A stretch of 64,000 nucleotides of DNA. It comes from Auanema rhodensis. Lineage: Eukaryota; Animalia; Nematoda. A program made the position numbers and the translations under genes. Below, in pieces: positions 40,129 to 56,300 of the stretch (the first letter of the stretch is position 1; the number at the start of each line of letters is the position of its first letter). The stretch lies in assembly GCA_964057225.1 (NCBI GenBank), contig OZ059897.1, positions 22,444,001 through 22,508,000 on the forward strand. Direction: 5' to 3'. The notes below the pieces were generated by a model. It was not told the origin of the DNA. It searched no databases and was given only the letters and a program-made list of their open reading frames with translations.

Positions 40129-42592
40129 AGCAATATCAATAAAAATTTGTTTTTAGACTAATATGGACATGGGGAATCTAATTTTGAAAACCGCATCTCT
40201 TTATCTTTCACGTGAAGCGAGTTACATACCAAGTGCACATCACGTGTACATTTAATTAGCATAAATTAAAGTTCACGTAAATTTCAAAGTCATGGTTACC
40301 ATGAACCAATATCAATAAAAATTTGTTTTTAGACTAATATGGACATGGGGAATCTAATTTTGAAAACCGCATCTCTTTATCTTTCACGTGAAGCGAGTTA
40401 CATACCAAGTGCACATCACGTGTACATTTAATTAGCATAAATTAAAGTTCACGTAAATTTCAAAGTCATGGTTACCATGAACCAATATCAATAAAAATTG
40501 GTTTTTAGACTAATATGGACATGGGGAATCTAATTTTGAAAACCGCATCTCTTTATCTTTCACGTGAAGCGAGTTACATACCAAGTGCACATCACGTGTA
40601 CATTTAATTAGCATAAATTAAAGTTCACGTAAATTTCAAAGTCATGGTTACTATGCACCAATATCAATAAAAATTTGTTTTTAGACTAATATGGACATGG
40701 GGAATCTAATTTTGAAAACCGCATCTCTTTATCTTTCACGTGAAGCGAGTTACATACCTAGTGCACATCACGTGTACATTTAATTAGCATAAATTAAAGT
40801 TCACGTAAATTTCAAAGTCATGGTTACCATGCACCAATATCAATAAAAATTTGTTTTTAGACTAATATGGACATGGGGAATCTAATTTTGAAAACCGCAT
40901 CTCTTCATCTTTTACGTGAAGCGAGTTACATACCAAGTGCACATCACGTGTACATTTAATGAGCATAAATTAAAGTTCACGTAAATTTCAAAGTCATGGT
41001 TACCATGAACTAATATCAATAAAAATTTGTTTTTAGACTAATATGGACATGGGGAATCTAATTTTGAAAACCGCATCTCTTTATCTTTCACGTGAAGCGA
41101 GTTACATACCAAGTGCACATCACGTGTACATTTAATTAGCATAAATTAAAGTTCACGTAAATTTCAAGGTCATGGTTACCATGAACCAATATCAATAAAA
41201 ATTTGTTTTAAGACTAATATGGACATGGGGAATCTAATTTTGAAAACCGCATCTCTTTATCTTTCACGTGAAGCGAGTTACATACCAAGTGCACATCACG
41301 TGTACATTTAATTAGCATAAATTAAAGTTCACGTAAATTTCAAAGTCATGGTTACCATGAAGCAATATCAATAAAAATTTGTTTTTAGACTAATATGGAC
41401 ATGGGGAATCTAATTTTGAAAACCGCATCTCTTTATCTTTCACGTGAAGCGAGTTACATACCAAGTGCACATCACGTGTACATTTAATTAGCATAAATTA
41501 AAGTTCACGTAAATTTCAAAGTCATGGTTACCATGAACCAATATCAATAAAAATTTGTTTTTAGACTAATATGGACATGGGGAATCTAATTTTGAAAACC
41601 GCATCTCTTTATCTTTCACGTGAAGCGAGTTACATACCAAGTGCACATCACGTGTACATTTAATTAGCATAAATTAAAGTTCACGTAAATTTCAAAGTCA
41701 TGGTTACCATGAACCAATATCAATAAAAATTGGTTTTTAGACTAATATGGACATGGGGAATCTAATTTTGAAAACCGCATCTCTTTATCTTTCACGTGAA
41801 GCGAGTTACATACCAAGTGCACATCACGTGTACATTTAATTAGCATAAATTAAAGTTCACGTAAATTTCAAAGTCATGGTTACTATGCACCAATATCAAT
41901 AAAAATTTGTTTTTAGACTAATATGGACATGGGGAATCTAATTTTGAAAACCGCATCTCTTTATCTTTCACGTGAAGCGAGTTACATACCTAGTGCACAT
42001 CACGTGTACATTTAATTAGCATAAATTAAAGTTCACGTAAATTTCAAAGTCATGGTTACCATGCACCAATATCAATAAAAATTTGTTTTTAGACTAATAT
42101 GGACATGGGGAATCTAATTTTGAAAACCGCATCTCTTCATCTTTTACGTGAAGCGAGTTACATACCAAGTGCACATCACGTGTACATTTAATGAGCATAA
42201 ATTAAAGTTCACGTAAATTTCAAAGTCATGGTTACCATGAACTAATATCAATAAAAATTTGTTTTTAGACTAATATGGACATGGGGAATCTAATTTTGAA
42301 AACCGCATCTCTTTATCTTTCACGTGAAGCGAGTTACATACCAAGTGCACATCACGTGTACATTTAATTAGCATAAATTAAAGTTCACGTAAATTTCAAG
42401 GTCATGGTTACCATGAACCAATATCAATAAAAATTTGTTTTAAGACTAATATGGACATGGGGAATCTAATTTTGAAAACCGCATCTCTTTATCTTTCACG
42501 TGAAGCGAGTTACATACCAAGTGCACATCACGTGTACATTTAATTAGCATAAATTAAAGTTCACGTAAATTTCAAAGTCATGGTTACCATGA
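40129..42592 (+). repeat. Apparently perfect 7-monomer (1232-bp) tandem duplication, monomers 229-235 / 236-242
   Basis: ATTGG+CTATGC 40481/41713, CCTAGT 40657/41889, TTTACG+AATGAG 40833/42065, CAAGGT 41009/42241, TTTAAG 41185/42417. Confidence 0.92.
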
Positions 42593-43824
42593 ACCAATAT
42601 CAATAAAAATTTGTTTTTAGACTAATATGGACATGGGGAATCTAATTTTGAAAACCGCATCTCTTTATCTTTCACGTGAAGCGAGTTACATACCAAGTGC
42701 ACATCACGTGTACATTTAATTAGCATAAATTAAAGTTCACGTAAATTTCAAAGTCATGGTTACCATGAAGCAATATCAATAAAAATTTGTTTTTAGACTA
42801 ATATGGACATGGGGAATCTAATTTTGAAAACCGCATCTCTTTATCTTTCACGTGAAGCGAGTTACATACCAAGTGCACATCACGTGTACATTTAATTAGC
42901 ATAAATTAAAGTTCACGTAAATTTCAAAGTCATGGTTACCATGAACCAATATCAATAAAAATTTGTTTTTAGACTAATATGGACATGGGGAATCTAATTT
43001 TGAAAACCGCATCTCTTTATCTTTCACGTGAAGCGAGTTACATACCAAGTGCACATCACGTGTACATTTAATTAGCATAAATTAAAGTTCACGTAAATTT
43101 CAAAGTCATGGTTACCATGAACACATATCAATAAAAATTTGTTTTTAGACTAATATGGACATGGGGAATCTAATTTTGAAAACCGCATCTCTTTATCTTT
43201 CACGTGAAGCGAGTTACATACCAAGTGCACATCACGTGTACATTTAATTAGCATAAATTAAAGTTCACGTAAATTTCAAAGTCATGGTTACCATGAACCA
43301 ATATCAATAAAAATTTGTTTTTAGACTAATATGGACATGGGGAATCTAATTTTGAAAACCGCATCTCTTTATCTTTCACGTGAAGCGAGTTACATACCAA
43401 GTGCACATCACGTGTACATTTAATTAGCATAAATTAAAGTTCACGTAAATTTCAAAGTCATGGTTACCATGCACCAATATCAATAAAAATTTGTTTTTAG
43501 ACTAATATGGACATGGGGAATCTAATTTTGAAAACCGCATCTCTTTATCTTTCACGTGAAGCGAGTTACATACCAAGTGCACATCACGTGTACATTTAAT
43601 TAGCATAAATTAAAGTTCACGTAAATTTCAAAGTCATGGTTACCATGAACACATATCAATAAAAATTTGTTTTTAGACTAATATGGACATGGGGAATCTA
43701 ATTTTGAAAACCGCATCTCTTCATCTTTCACGTGAAGCGAGTTACATACCAAGTGCACATCACGTGTACATTTAATTAGCATAAATTAAAGTTCACGTAA
43801 ATTTCAAAGTCATGGTTACCATGA

Positions 43825-46800
43825 ACCAATATCAATAAAAATTTGTTTTTAGACTAATATGGACATGGGGAATCTAATTTTGAAAACCGCATCTCTTTAT
43901 CTTTCACGTGAAGCGAGTTACATACCAAGTGCACATCACGTGTACATTTAATTAGCATAAATTAAAGTTCACGTAAATTTCAAAGTCATGGTTACCATGC
44001 ACCAATATCAATAAAAATTTGTTTTTAGACTAATATGGACATGGGGAATCTAATTTTGAAAACCGCATCTCTTTATCTTTCACGTGAAGCGAGTTACATA
44101 CCAAGTGCACATCACGTGTACATTTAATTAGCATAAATTAAAGTTCACGTAAATTTCAAAGTCATGGTTACCATGAACCAATATCAATAAAAATTTGTTT
44201 TTAGACTAATATGGACATGGGGAATCTAATTTTGAAAACCGCATCTCTTTATCTTTCACGTGAAGCGAGTTACATACCAAGTGCACATCACGTGTACATT
44301 TAATTAGCATAAATTAAAGTTCACGTAAATTTCAAAGTCATGGTTACCATGAACCAATATCAATAAAAATTTGTTTTTAGACTAATATGGACATGGGGAA
44401 TCTAATTTTGAAAACCGCATCTCTTTATCTTTCACGTGAAGCGAGTTACATACCAAGTGCACATCACGTGTACATTTAATTAGCATAAATTAAAGTTCAC
44501 GTAAATTTCAAAGTCATGGTTACCATGCACCAATATCAATAAAAATTTGTTTTTAGACTAATATGGACATGGGGAATCTAATTTTGAAAACCGCATCTCT
44601 TTATCTTTCACGTGAAGCGAGTTACATACCAAGTGCACATCACGTGTACATTTAATTAGCATAAATTAAAGTTCACGTAAATTTCAAAGTCATGGTTACC
44701 ATGAACCAATATCAATAAAAATTTGTTTTTAGACTAATATGGACATGGGGAATCTAATTTTGAAAACCGCATCTCTTTATCTTTCACATGAAGCGAGTTA
44801 CATACCAAGTGCACATCACGTGTACATTTAATTAGCATAAATTAAAGTTCACGTAAATTTCAAAGTCATGGTTACCATGAAGCAATATCAATAAAAATTT
44901 GTTTTTAGACTAATATGGACATGGGGAATCTAATTTTGAAAACCGCATCTTTTTATCTTTCACGTGAAGCGAGTTACATACCAAGTGCACATCACGTGTA
45001 CATTTAATTAGCATAAATTAAAGTTCACGTAAATTTCAAAGTCATGGTTACCATGCACCAATATCAATAAAAATTTGTTTTTAGACTAATATGGACATGG
45101 GGAATCTAATTTTGAAAACCGCATCTCTTCATCTTTTACGTGAAGCGAGTTACATACCAAGTGCACATCACGTGTACATTTAATGAGCATAAATTAAAGT
45201 TCACGTAAATTTCAAAGTCATGGTTACCATGAACTAATATCAATAAAAATTTGTTTTTAGACTAATATGGACATGGGGAATCTAATTTTGAAAACCGCAT
45301 CTCTTTATCTTTCACGTGAAGCGAGTTACATACCAAGTGCACATCACGTGTACATTTAATTAGCATAAATTAAAGTTCACGTAAATTTCAAAGTCATGGT
45401 TACCATGAACCAATATCAATAAAAATTTGTTTTTAGACTAATATGGACATGGGGAATCTAATTTTGAAAACCGCATCTCTTTATCTTTCACGTGAAGCGA
45501 GTTACATACCAAGTGCACATCACGTGTACATTTAATTAGCATAAATTAAAGTTCACGTAAATTTCAAAGTCATGGTTACCATGCACCAATATCAATAAAA
45601 ATTTGTTTTTAGACTAATATGGACATGGGGAATCTAATTTTGAAAACCGCATCTCTTTATCTTTCACGTGAAGCGAGTTACATACCAAGTGCACATCACG
45701 TGTACATTTAATTAGCATAAATTAAAGTTCACGTAAATTTCAAAGTCATGGTTACCATGAACCAATATCAATAAAAATTTGTTTTTAGACTAATATGGAC
45801 ATGGGGAATCTAATTTTGAAAACCGCATCTCTTTATCTTTCACGTGAAGCGAGTTACATACCAAGTGCACATCACGTGTACATTTAATTAGCATAAATTA
45901 AAGTTCACGTAAATTTCAAAGTCATGGTTACCATGAACCAATATCAATAAAAATTTGTTTTTAGACTAATATGGACATGGGGAATCTAATTTTGAAAACC
46001 GCATCTCTTTATCTTTCACGTGAAGCGAGTTACATACCAAGTGCACATCACGTGTACATTTAATTAGCATAAATTAAAGTTCACGTAAATTTCAAAGTCA
46101 TGGTTACCATGCACCAATATCAATAAAAATTTGTTTTTAGACTAATATGGACATGGGGAATCTAATTTTGAAAACCGCATCTCTTTATCTTTCACGTGAA
46201 GCGAGTTACATACCAAGTGCACATCACGTGTACATTTAATTAGCATAAATTAAAGTTCACGTAAATTTCAAAGTCATGGTTACCATGAACCAATATCAAT
46301 AAAAATTTGTTTTTAGACTAATATGGACATGGGGAATCTAATTTTGAAAACCGCATCTCTTTATCTTTCACATGAAGCGAGTTACATACCAAGTGCACAT
46401 CACGTGTACATTTAATTAGCATAAATTAAAGTTCACGTAAATTTCAAAGTCATGGTTACCATGAAGCAATATCAATAAAAATTTGTTTTTAGACTAATAT
46501 GGACATGGGGAATCTAATTTTGAAAACCGCATCTTTTTATCTTTCACGTGAAGCGAGTTACATACCAAGTGCACATCACGTGTACATTTAATTAGCATAA
46601 ATTAAAGTTCACGTAAATTTCAAAGTCATGGTTACCATGCACCAATATCAATAAAAATTTGTTTTTAGACTAATATGGACATGGGGAATCTAATTTTGAA
46701 AACCGCATCTCTTCATCTTTTACGTGAAGCGAGTTACATACCAAGTGCACATCACGTGTACATTTAATGAGCATAAATTAAAGTTCACGTAAATTTCAAA

Positions 46801-46992
46801 GTCATGGTTACCATGAACTAATATCAATAAAAATTTGTTTTTAGACTAATATGGACATGGGGAATCTAATTTTGAAAACCGCATCTCTTTATCTTTCACG
46901 TGAAGCGAGTTACATACCAAGTGCACATCACGTGTACATTTAATTAGCATAAATTAAAGTTCACGTAAATTTCAAAGTCATGGTTACCATGA
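43825..46992 (+). repeat. 9-monomer (1584-bp) tandem duplication, monomers 250-258 / 259-267
   Basis: CACATG 44705/46289, AGC+CTTTTT 44881/46465, CTTCAT+TTTACG+AATGAG 45057/46641, ACT 45233/46817. Confidence 0.88.
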
Positions 46993-47696
46993 ACCAATAT
47001 CAATAAAAATTTGTTTTAAGACTAATATGGACATGGGGAATCTAATTTTGAAAACCGCATCTCTTTATCTTTCACGTGAAGCGAGTTACATACCAAGTGC
47101 ACATCACGTGTACATTTAATTAGCATAAATTAAAGTTCACGTAAATTTCAAAGTCATGGTTACCATGAACCAATATCAATAAAAATTTGTTTTTAGACTA
47201 ATATGGACATGGGGAATCTAATTTTGAAAACCGCATCTCTTCATCTTTTACGTGAAGCGAGTTACATACCAAGTGCACATCACGTGTACATTTAATGAGC
47301 ATAAATTAAAGTTCACGTAAATTTCAAAGTCATGGTTACCATGAACTAATATCAATAAAAATTTGTTTTTAGACTAATATGGACATGGGGAATCTAATTT
47401 TGAAAACCGCATCTCTTTATCTTTCACGTGAAGCGAGTTACATACCAAGTGCACATCACGTGTACATTTAATTAGCATAAATTAAAGTTCACGTAAATTT
47501 CAAAGTCATGGTTACCATGAACCAATATCAATAAAAATTTGTTTTAAGACTAATATGGACATGGGGAATCTAATTTCGAAAACCGCATCTCTTTATCTTT
47601 CACGTGAAGCGAGTTACATACCAAGTGCACATCACGTGTACATTTAATTAGCATAAATTAAAGTTCACGTAAATTTCAAAGTCATGGTTACCATGA
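46641..47696 (+). repeat. 3-monomer (528-bp) tandem duplication
   Basis: TTTACG/AATGAG, ACT and TTTAAG monomers at 46641, 46817, 46993 are repeated at 47169, 47345, 47521. Confidence 0.82.
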
Positions 47697-48400
47697 ACCA
47701 ATATCAATAAAAATTTGTTTTTAGACTAATATGGACATGGGGAATCTAATTTTGAAAACCGCATCTCTTTATCTTTCACGTGAAGCGAGTTACATACCAA
47801 GTGCACATCACGTGTACATTTAATTAGCATAAATTAAAGTTCACGTAAATTTCAAAGTCATGGTTACCATGAACCAATATCAATAAAAATTTGTTTTTAG
47901 ACTAATATGGACATGGGGAATCTAATTTTGAAAACCGCATCTCTTTATCTTTCACGTGAAGCGAGTTACATACCAAGTGCACATCACGTGTACATTTAAT
48001 TAGCATAAATTAAAGTTCACGTAAATTTCAAAGTCATGGTTACCATGAACCAATATCAATAAAAATTTGTTTTTAGACTAATATGGACATGGGGAATCTA
48101 ATTTTGAAAACCGCATCTCTTTATCTTTCACGTGAAGCGAGTTACATACCAAGTGCACATCACGTGTACATTTAATTAGCATAAATTAAAGTTCACGTAA
48201 ATTTCAAAGTCATGGTTACCATGCACCAATATCAATAAAAATTTGTTTTTAGACTAATATGGACATGAGGAATCTAATTTTGAAAACCGCATCTCTTTAT
48301 CTTTCACGTGAAGCGAGTTACATACCAAGTGCACATCACGTGTACATTTAATTAGCATAAATTAAAGTTCACGTAAATTTCAAAGTCATGGTTACCATGA

Positions 48401-51040
48401 ACCAATATCAATAAAAATTTGTTTTTAGACTAATATGGACATGGGGAATCTAATTTTGAAAACCGCATCTCTTTATCTTTCACATGAAGCGAGTTACATA
48501 CCAAGTGCACATCACGTGTACATTTAATTAGCATAAATTAAAGTTCACGTAAATTTCAAAGTCATGGTTACCATGAAGCAATATCAATAAAAATTTGTTT
48601 TTAGACTAATATGGACATGGGGAATCTAATTTTGAAAACCGCATCTTTTTATCTTTCACGTGAAGCGAGTTACATACCAAGTGCACATCACGTGTACATT
48701 TAATTAGCATAAATTAAAGTTCACGTAAATTTCAAAGTCATGGTTACCATGAACCAATATTAATAAAAATTTGTTTTTAGACTAATATGGACATGGGGAA
48801 TCTAATTTTGAAAACCGCATCTCTTTATCTTTCACGTGAAGCGAGTTACATACCAAGTGCACATCACGTGTACATTTAATTAGCATAAATTAAAGTTCAC
48901 GTAAATTTCAAAGTCATGGTTACCATGCACCAATATCAATAAAAATTTGTTTTTAGACTAATATGGACATGGGGAATCTAATTTTGAAAACCGCATCTCT
49001 TTATCTTTCACGTGAAGCGAGTTACATTCCTAGTGCACATCACGTGTACATTTAATTAGCATAAATTAAAGTTCACGTAAATTTCAAAGTCATAGTTACC
49101 ATGAACCAATATCAATAAAAATTTGTTTTTAGACTAATATGGACATGGGGAATCTAATTTTGAAAACCGCATCTCTTTATCTTTCACGTGAAGCGAGTTA
49201 CATACCAAGTGCACATCACGTGTACATTTAATTAGCATAAATTAAAGTTCACGTAAATTTCAAAGTCATGGTTACCATGAAGCAATATCAATAAAAATTT
49301 GTTTTTAGACTAATATGGACATGGGGAATCTAATTTTGAAAACCGCATCTCTTTATCTTTCACGTGAAGCGAGTTACATACCAAGTGCACATCACGTGTA
49401 CATTTAATTAGCATAAATTAAAGTTCACGTAAATTTCAAAGTCATGGTTACCATGCACCAATATCAATAAAAATTTGTTTTTAGACTAATATGGACATGG
49501 GGGATCTAATTTTGAAAACCGCATCTCTTTATCTTTCACGTGAAGCGAGTTACATACCAAGTGCACATCACGTGTACATTTAATTAGCATAAATTAAAGT
49601 TCACGTAAATTTCAAAGTCATGGTTACCATGAACCAATATCAATAAAAATTTGTTTTTAGACTAATATGGACATGGGGAATCTAATTTTGAAAACCGCAT
49701 CTCTTTATCTTTCACGTGAAGCGAGTTACATACCAAGTGCACATCACGTGTACATTTAATTAGCATAAATTAAAGTTCACGTAAATTTCAAAGTCATGGT
49801 TACCATGAACCAATATCAATAAAAATTTGTTTTTAGACTAATATGGACATGGGGAATCTAATTTTGAAAACCGCATCTCTTTATCTTTCACATGAAGCGA
49901 GTTACATACCAAGTGCACATCACGTGTACATTTAATTAGCATAAATTAAAGTTCACGTAAATTTCAAAGTCATGGTTACCATGAAGCAATATCAATAAAA
50001 ATTTGTTTTTAGACTAATATGGACATGGGGAATCTAATTTTGAAAACCGCATCTTTTTATCTTTCACGTGAAGCGAGTTACATACCAAGTGCACATCACG
50101 TGTACATTTAATTAGCATAAATTAAAGTTCACGTAAATTTCAAAGTCATGGTTACCATGAACCAATATTGATAAAAATTTGTTTTTAGACTAATATGGAC
50201 ATGGGGAATCTAATTTTGAAAACCGCATCTCTTCATCTTTCACGTGAAGCGAGTTACATACCAAGTGCACATCACGTGTACATTTAATTAGCATAAATTA
50301 AAGTTCACGTAAATTTCAAAGTCATGGTTACCATGCACCAATATCAATAAAAATTTGTTTTTAGACTAATATGGACATGGGGAATCTAATTTTGAAAACC
50401 GCATCTCTTTATCTTTCACGTGAAGCGAGTTACATACCCAGTGCACATCACGTGTACATTTAATTAGCATAAATTAAAGTTCACGTAAATTTCAAAGTCA
50501 TAGTTACCATGAACCAATATCAATAAAAATTTGTTTTTAGACTAATATGGACATGGGGAATCTAATTTTGAAAACCGCATCTCTTTATCTTTCACGTGAA
50601 GCGAGTTACATACCAAGTGCACATCACGTGTACATTTAATTAGCATAAATTAAAGTTCACGTAAATTTCAAAGTCATGGTTACCATGAAGCAATATCAAT
50701 AAAAATTTGTTTTTAGACTAATATGGACATGGGGAATCTAATTTTGAAAACCGCATCTCTTTATCTTTCACGTGAAGCGAGTTACATACCAAGTGCACAT
50801 CACGTGTACATTTAATTAGCATAAATTAAAGTTCACGTAAATTTCAAAGTCATGGTTACCATGCACCAATATCAATAAAAATTTGTTTTTAGACTAATAT
50901 GGACATGGGGGATCTAATTTTGAAAACCGCATCTCTTTATCTTTCACGTGAAGCGAGTTACATACCAAGTGCACATCACGTGTACATTTAATTAGCATAA
51001 ATTAAAGTTCACGTAAATTTCAAAGTCATGGTTACCATGA
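48401..51040 (+). repeat. Diverged 8-monomer (1408-bp) tandem duplication
   Basis: CACATG 48401/49809, AGC+CTTTTT 48577/49985, CATAGTT 48929/50337, GGGGGAT 49457/50865. Confidence 0.82.
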
Positions 51041-53328
51041 ACCAATATCAATAAAAATTTGTTTTTAGACTAATATGGACATGGGGAATCTAATTTTGAA
51101 AACCGCATCTCTTCATCTTTCACGTGAAGCGAGTTACATACCAAGTGCACATCACGTGTACATTTAATTAGCATAAATTAAAGTTCACGTAAATTTCAAA
51201 GTCATGGTTACCATTCACCAATATCAATAAAAATTTGTTTTTAGACTAATATGGACATGGGGAATCTAATTTTGAAAACCGCATCTCTTTATCTTTCACG
51301 TGAAGCGAGTTACATACCAAGTGCACATCACGTGTACATTTAATTAGCATAAATTAAAGTTCACGTAAATTTCAAAGTCATGGTTACCATGAACCAATAT
51401 CAATAAAAATTTGTTTTTAGACTAATATGGACATGGGGAATCTAATTTTAAAAACCGCATCTCTTTATCTTTCACGTGAAGCGAGTTACATACCAAGTGC
51501 ACATCACGTGTACATTTAATTAGCATGAATTAAAGTTCACGTAAATTTCAAAGTCATGGTTACCATGCACCAAAATCAATAAAATTTTGTTTTTAGACTA
51601 ATATGGACATGGGGAATCTAATTTTGAAAACAGCATCTCTTCATCTTTCACGTGAAGCGAGTTACATACCAAGTGCACATCACGTGTACATTTAATTAGC
51701 ATAAATTAAAGTTCACGTAAATTTCAAAGTCATGGTTACCATGCACCAATATCAATAAAAATTTGTTTTTAGACTAATATGGACATGGGGATTCTAATTT
51801 TGAAAACCGCATCTCTTTATCTTTCACGTGAAGCGAGTTACATACCAAGTGCACATCACGTGTACATTTAATTAGCATAAATTAAAGTTCACGTAAATTT
51901 CAAAGTCATGGTTACCATGAACCAATATCAATAAAAATTTGTTTTTAGACTAATATGGACATGGGGAATCTAATTTTGAAAACCGCATCTCTTCATCTTT
52001 CACGTGAAGCGAGTTACATACCAAGTGCACATCACGTGTACATTTAATTAGCATAAATTAAAGTTCACGTAAATTTCAAAGTCATGGTTACCATGCACCA
52101 ATATCAATAAAAATTTGTTTTTAGACTAATATGGACATGGGGATTCTAATTTTGAAAACCGCATCTCTTTATCTTTCACGTGAAGCGAGTTACATACCAA
52201 GTGCACATCACGTGTACATTTAATTAGCATAAATTAAAGTTCACGTAAATTTCAAAGTCATGGTTACCATGAACCAATATCAATAAAAATTTGTTTTTAG
52301 ACTAATATGGACATGGGGAATCTAATTTTGAAAACCGCATCTCTTCATCTTTCACGTGAAGCGAGTTACATACCAAGTGCACATCACGTGTACATTTAAT
52401 TAGCATAAATTAAAGTTCACGTAAATTTCAAAGTCATGGTTACCATTCACCAATATCAATAAAAATTTGTTTTTAGACTAATATGGACATGGGGAATCTA
52501 ATTTTGAAAACCGCATCTCTTTATCTTTCACGTGAAGCGAGTTACATACCAAGTGCACATCACGTGTACATTTAATTAGCATAAATTAAAGTTCACGTAA
52601 ATTTCAAAGTCATGGTTACCATGAACCAATATCAATAAAAATTTGTTTTTAGACTAATATGGACATGGGGAATCTAATTTTAAAAACCGCATCTCTTTAT
52701 CTTTCACGTGAAGCGAGTTACATACCAAGTGCACATCACGTGTACATTTAATTAGCATGAATTAAAGTTCACGTAAATTTCAAAGTCATGGTTACCATGC
52801 ACCAATATCAATAAAATTTTGTTTTTAGACTAATATGGACATGGGGAATCTAATTTTGAAAACAGCATCTCTTTATCTTTCACGTGAAGCGAGTTACATA
52901 CCAAGTGCACATCACGTGTACATTTAATTAGCATAAATTAAAGTTCACGTAAATTTCAAAGTCATGGTTACCATGAACCAATATTGATAAAAATTTGTTT
53001 TTAGACTAATATGGACATGGGGAATCTAATTTTGAAAACCGCATCTCTTTATCTTTCACGTGAAGCGAGTTACATACCAAGTGCACATCACGTGTACATT
53101 TAATTAGCATAAATTAAAGTTCACGTAAATTTCAAAGTCATGGTTACCATGCACCAATATCAATAAAAATTTGTTTTTAGACTACTATGGACATGGGGAA
53201 TCTAATTTTGAAAACCGCATCTCTTTATCTTTCACGTGAAGCGAGTTACATACTTAGTGCACATCACGTGTACATTTAATTAGCATAAATTAAAGTTCAC
53301 GTAAATTTCAAAGTCATAGTTACCATGA

Positions 53329-56300
53329 ACCAATATCAATAAAAATTTGTTTTTAGACTAATATGGACATGGGGAATCTAATTTTGAAAACCGCATCTCT
53401 TTATCTTTCACGTGAAGCGAGTTACATACCAAGTGCACATCACGTGTACATTTAATTAGCATAAATTAAAGTTCACGTAAATTTCAAAGTCATGGTTACC
53501 ATGAAGCAATATCAATAAAAATTTGTTTTTAGACTAATATGGACATGGGGAATCTAATTTTGAAAACCGCATCTCTTTATCTTTCACGTGAAGCGAGTTA
53601 CATACCAAGTGCACATCACGTGTACATTTAATTAGCATAAATTAAAGTTCACGTAAATTTCAAAGTCATGGTTACCATGCACCAATATCAATAAAAATTT
53701 GTTTTTAGACTAATATGGACATGGGGGATCTAATTTTGAAAACCGCATCTCTTTATCTTTCACGTGAAGCGAGTTACATACCAAGTGCACATCACGTGTA
53801 CATTTAATTAGCATAAATTAAAGTTCACGTAAATTTCAAAGTCATGGTTACCATGAACCAATATCAATAAAAATTTGTTTTTAGACTAATATGGACATGG
53901 GGAATCTAATTTTGAAAACCGCATCTCTTCATCTTTCACGTGAAGCGAGTTACATACCAAGTGCACATCACGTGTACATTTAATTAGCATAAATTAAAGT
54001 TCACGTAAATTTCAAAGTCATGGTTACCATTCACCAATATCAATAAAAATTTGTTTTTAGACTAATATGGACATGGGGAATCTAATTTTGAAAACCGCAT
54101 CTCTTTATCTTTCACGTGAAGCGAGTTACATACCAAGTGCACATCACGTGTACATTTAATTAGCATGAATTAAAGTTCACGTAAATTTCAAAGTCATGGT
54201 TACCATGCACCAATATCAATAAAATTTTGTTTTTAGACTAATATGGACATGGGGAATCTAATTTTGAAAACAGCATCTCTTCATCTTTCACGTGAAGCGA
54301 GTTACATACCAAGTGCACATCACGTGTACATTTAATTAGCATAAATTAAAGTTCACGTAAATTTCAAAGTCATGGTTACCATGCACCAATATCAATAAAA
54401 ATTTGTTTTTAGACTAATATGGACATGGGGATTCTAATTTTGAAAACCGCATCTCTTTATCTTTCACGTGAAGCGAGTTACATACCAAGTGCACATCACG
54501 TGTACATTTAATTAGCATAAATTAAAGTTCACGTAAATTTCAAAGTCATGGTTACCATGAACCAATATCAATAAAAATTTGTTTTTAGACTAATATGGAC
54601 ATGGGGAATCTAATTTTGAAAACCGCATCTCTTCATCTTTCACGTGAAGCGAGTTACATACCAAGTGCACATCACGTGTACATTTAATTAGCATAAATTA
54701 AAGTTCACGTAAATTTCAAAGTCATGGTTACCATGCACCAATATCAATAAAAATTTGTTTTTAGACTAATATGGACATGGGGATTCTAATTTTGAAAACC
54801 GCATCTCTTTATCTTTCACGTGAAGCGAGTTACATACCAAGTGCACATCACGTGTACATTTAATTAGCATAAATTAAAGTTCACGTAAATTTCAAAGTCA
54901 TGGTTACCATGAACCAATATCAATAAAAATTTGTTTTTAGACTAATATGGACATGGGGATTCTAATTTTGAAAACCGCATCTCTTTATCTTTCACGTGAA
55001 GCGAGTTACATACCAAGTGCACATCACGTGTACATTTAATTAGCATAAATTAAAGTTCACGTAAATTTCAAAGTCATGGTTACCATGAACCAATATCAAT
55101 AAAAATTTGTTTTTAGACTAATATGGACATGAGGAATCTAATTTTAAAAACCGCATCTCTTTATCTTTCACGTGAAGCGAGTTACATACCAAGTGCACAT
55201 CACGTGTACATTTAATTAGCATGAATTAAAGTTCACGTAAATTTCAAAGTCATGGTTACCATGCACCAATATCAATAAAATTTTGTTTTTAGACTAATAT
55301 GGACATGGGGAATCTAATTTTGAAAACAGCATCTCTTTATCTTTCACGTGAAGCGAGTTACATACCAAGTGCACATCACGTGTACATTTAATTAGCATAA
55401 ATTAAAGTTCACGTAAATTTCAAAGTCATGGTTACCATGAACCAATATTGATAAAAATTTGTTTTTAGACTAATATGGACATGGGGAATCTAATTTTGAA
55501 AACCGCATCTCTCTATCTTTCACGTGAAGCGAGTTACATACCAAGTGCACATCACGTGTACATTTAATTAGCATAAATTAAAGTTCACGTAAATTTCAAA
55601 GTCATAGTTACCATGAACCAATATCAATAAAAATTTGTTTTTAGACTAATATGGACATGGGGAATCTAATTTTGAAAACCGCATCTCTTTATCTTTCACG
55701 TGAAGCGAGTTACATACCAAGTGCACATCACGTGTACATTTAATTAGCATAAATTAAAGTTCACGTAAATTTCAAAGTCATGGTTACCATGAAGCAATAT
55801 CAATAAAAATTTGTTTTTAGACTAATATGGACATGGGGAATCTAATTTTGAAAACCGCATCTCTTTATCTTTCACGTGAAGCGAGTTACATACCAAGTGC
55901 ACATCACGTGTACATTTAATTAGCATAAATTAAAGTTCACGTAAATTTCAAAGTCATGGTTACCATGCACCAATATCAATAAAAATTTGTTTTTAGACTA
56001 ATATGGACATGGGGGATCTAATTTTGAAAACCGCATCTCTTTATCTTTCACGTGAAGCGAGTTACATACCAAGTGCACATCACGTGTACATTTAATTAGC
56101 ATAAATTAAAGTTCACGTAAATTTCAAAGTCATGGTTACCATGAACCAATATCAATAAAAATTTGTTTTTAGACTAATATGGACATGGGGAATCTAATTT
56201 TGAAAACCGCATCTCTTCATCTTTCACGTGAAGCGAGTTACATACCAAGTGCACATCACGTGTACATTTAATTAGCATAAATTAAAGTTCACGTAAATTT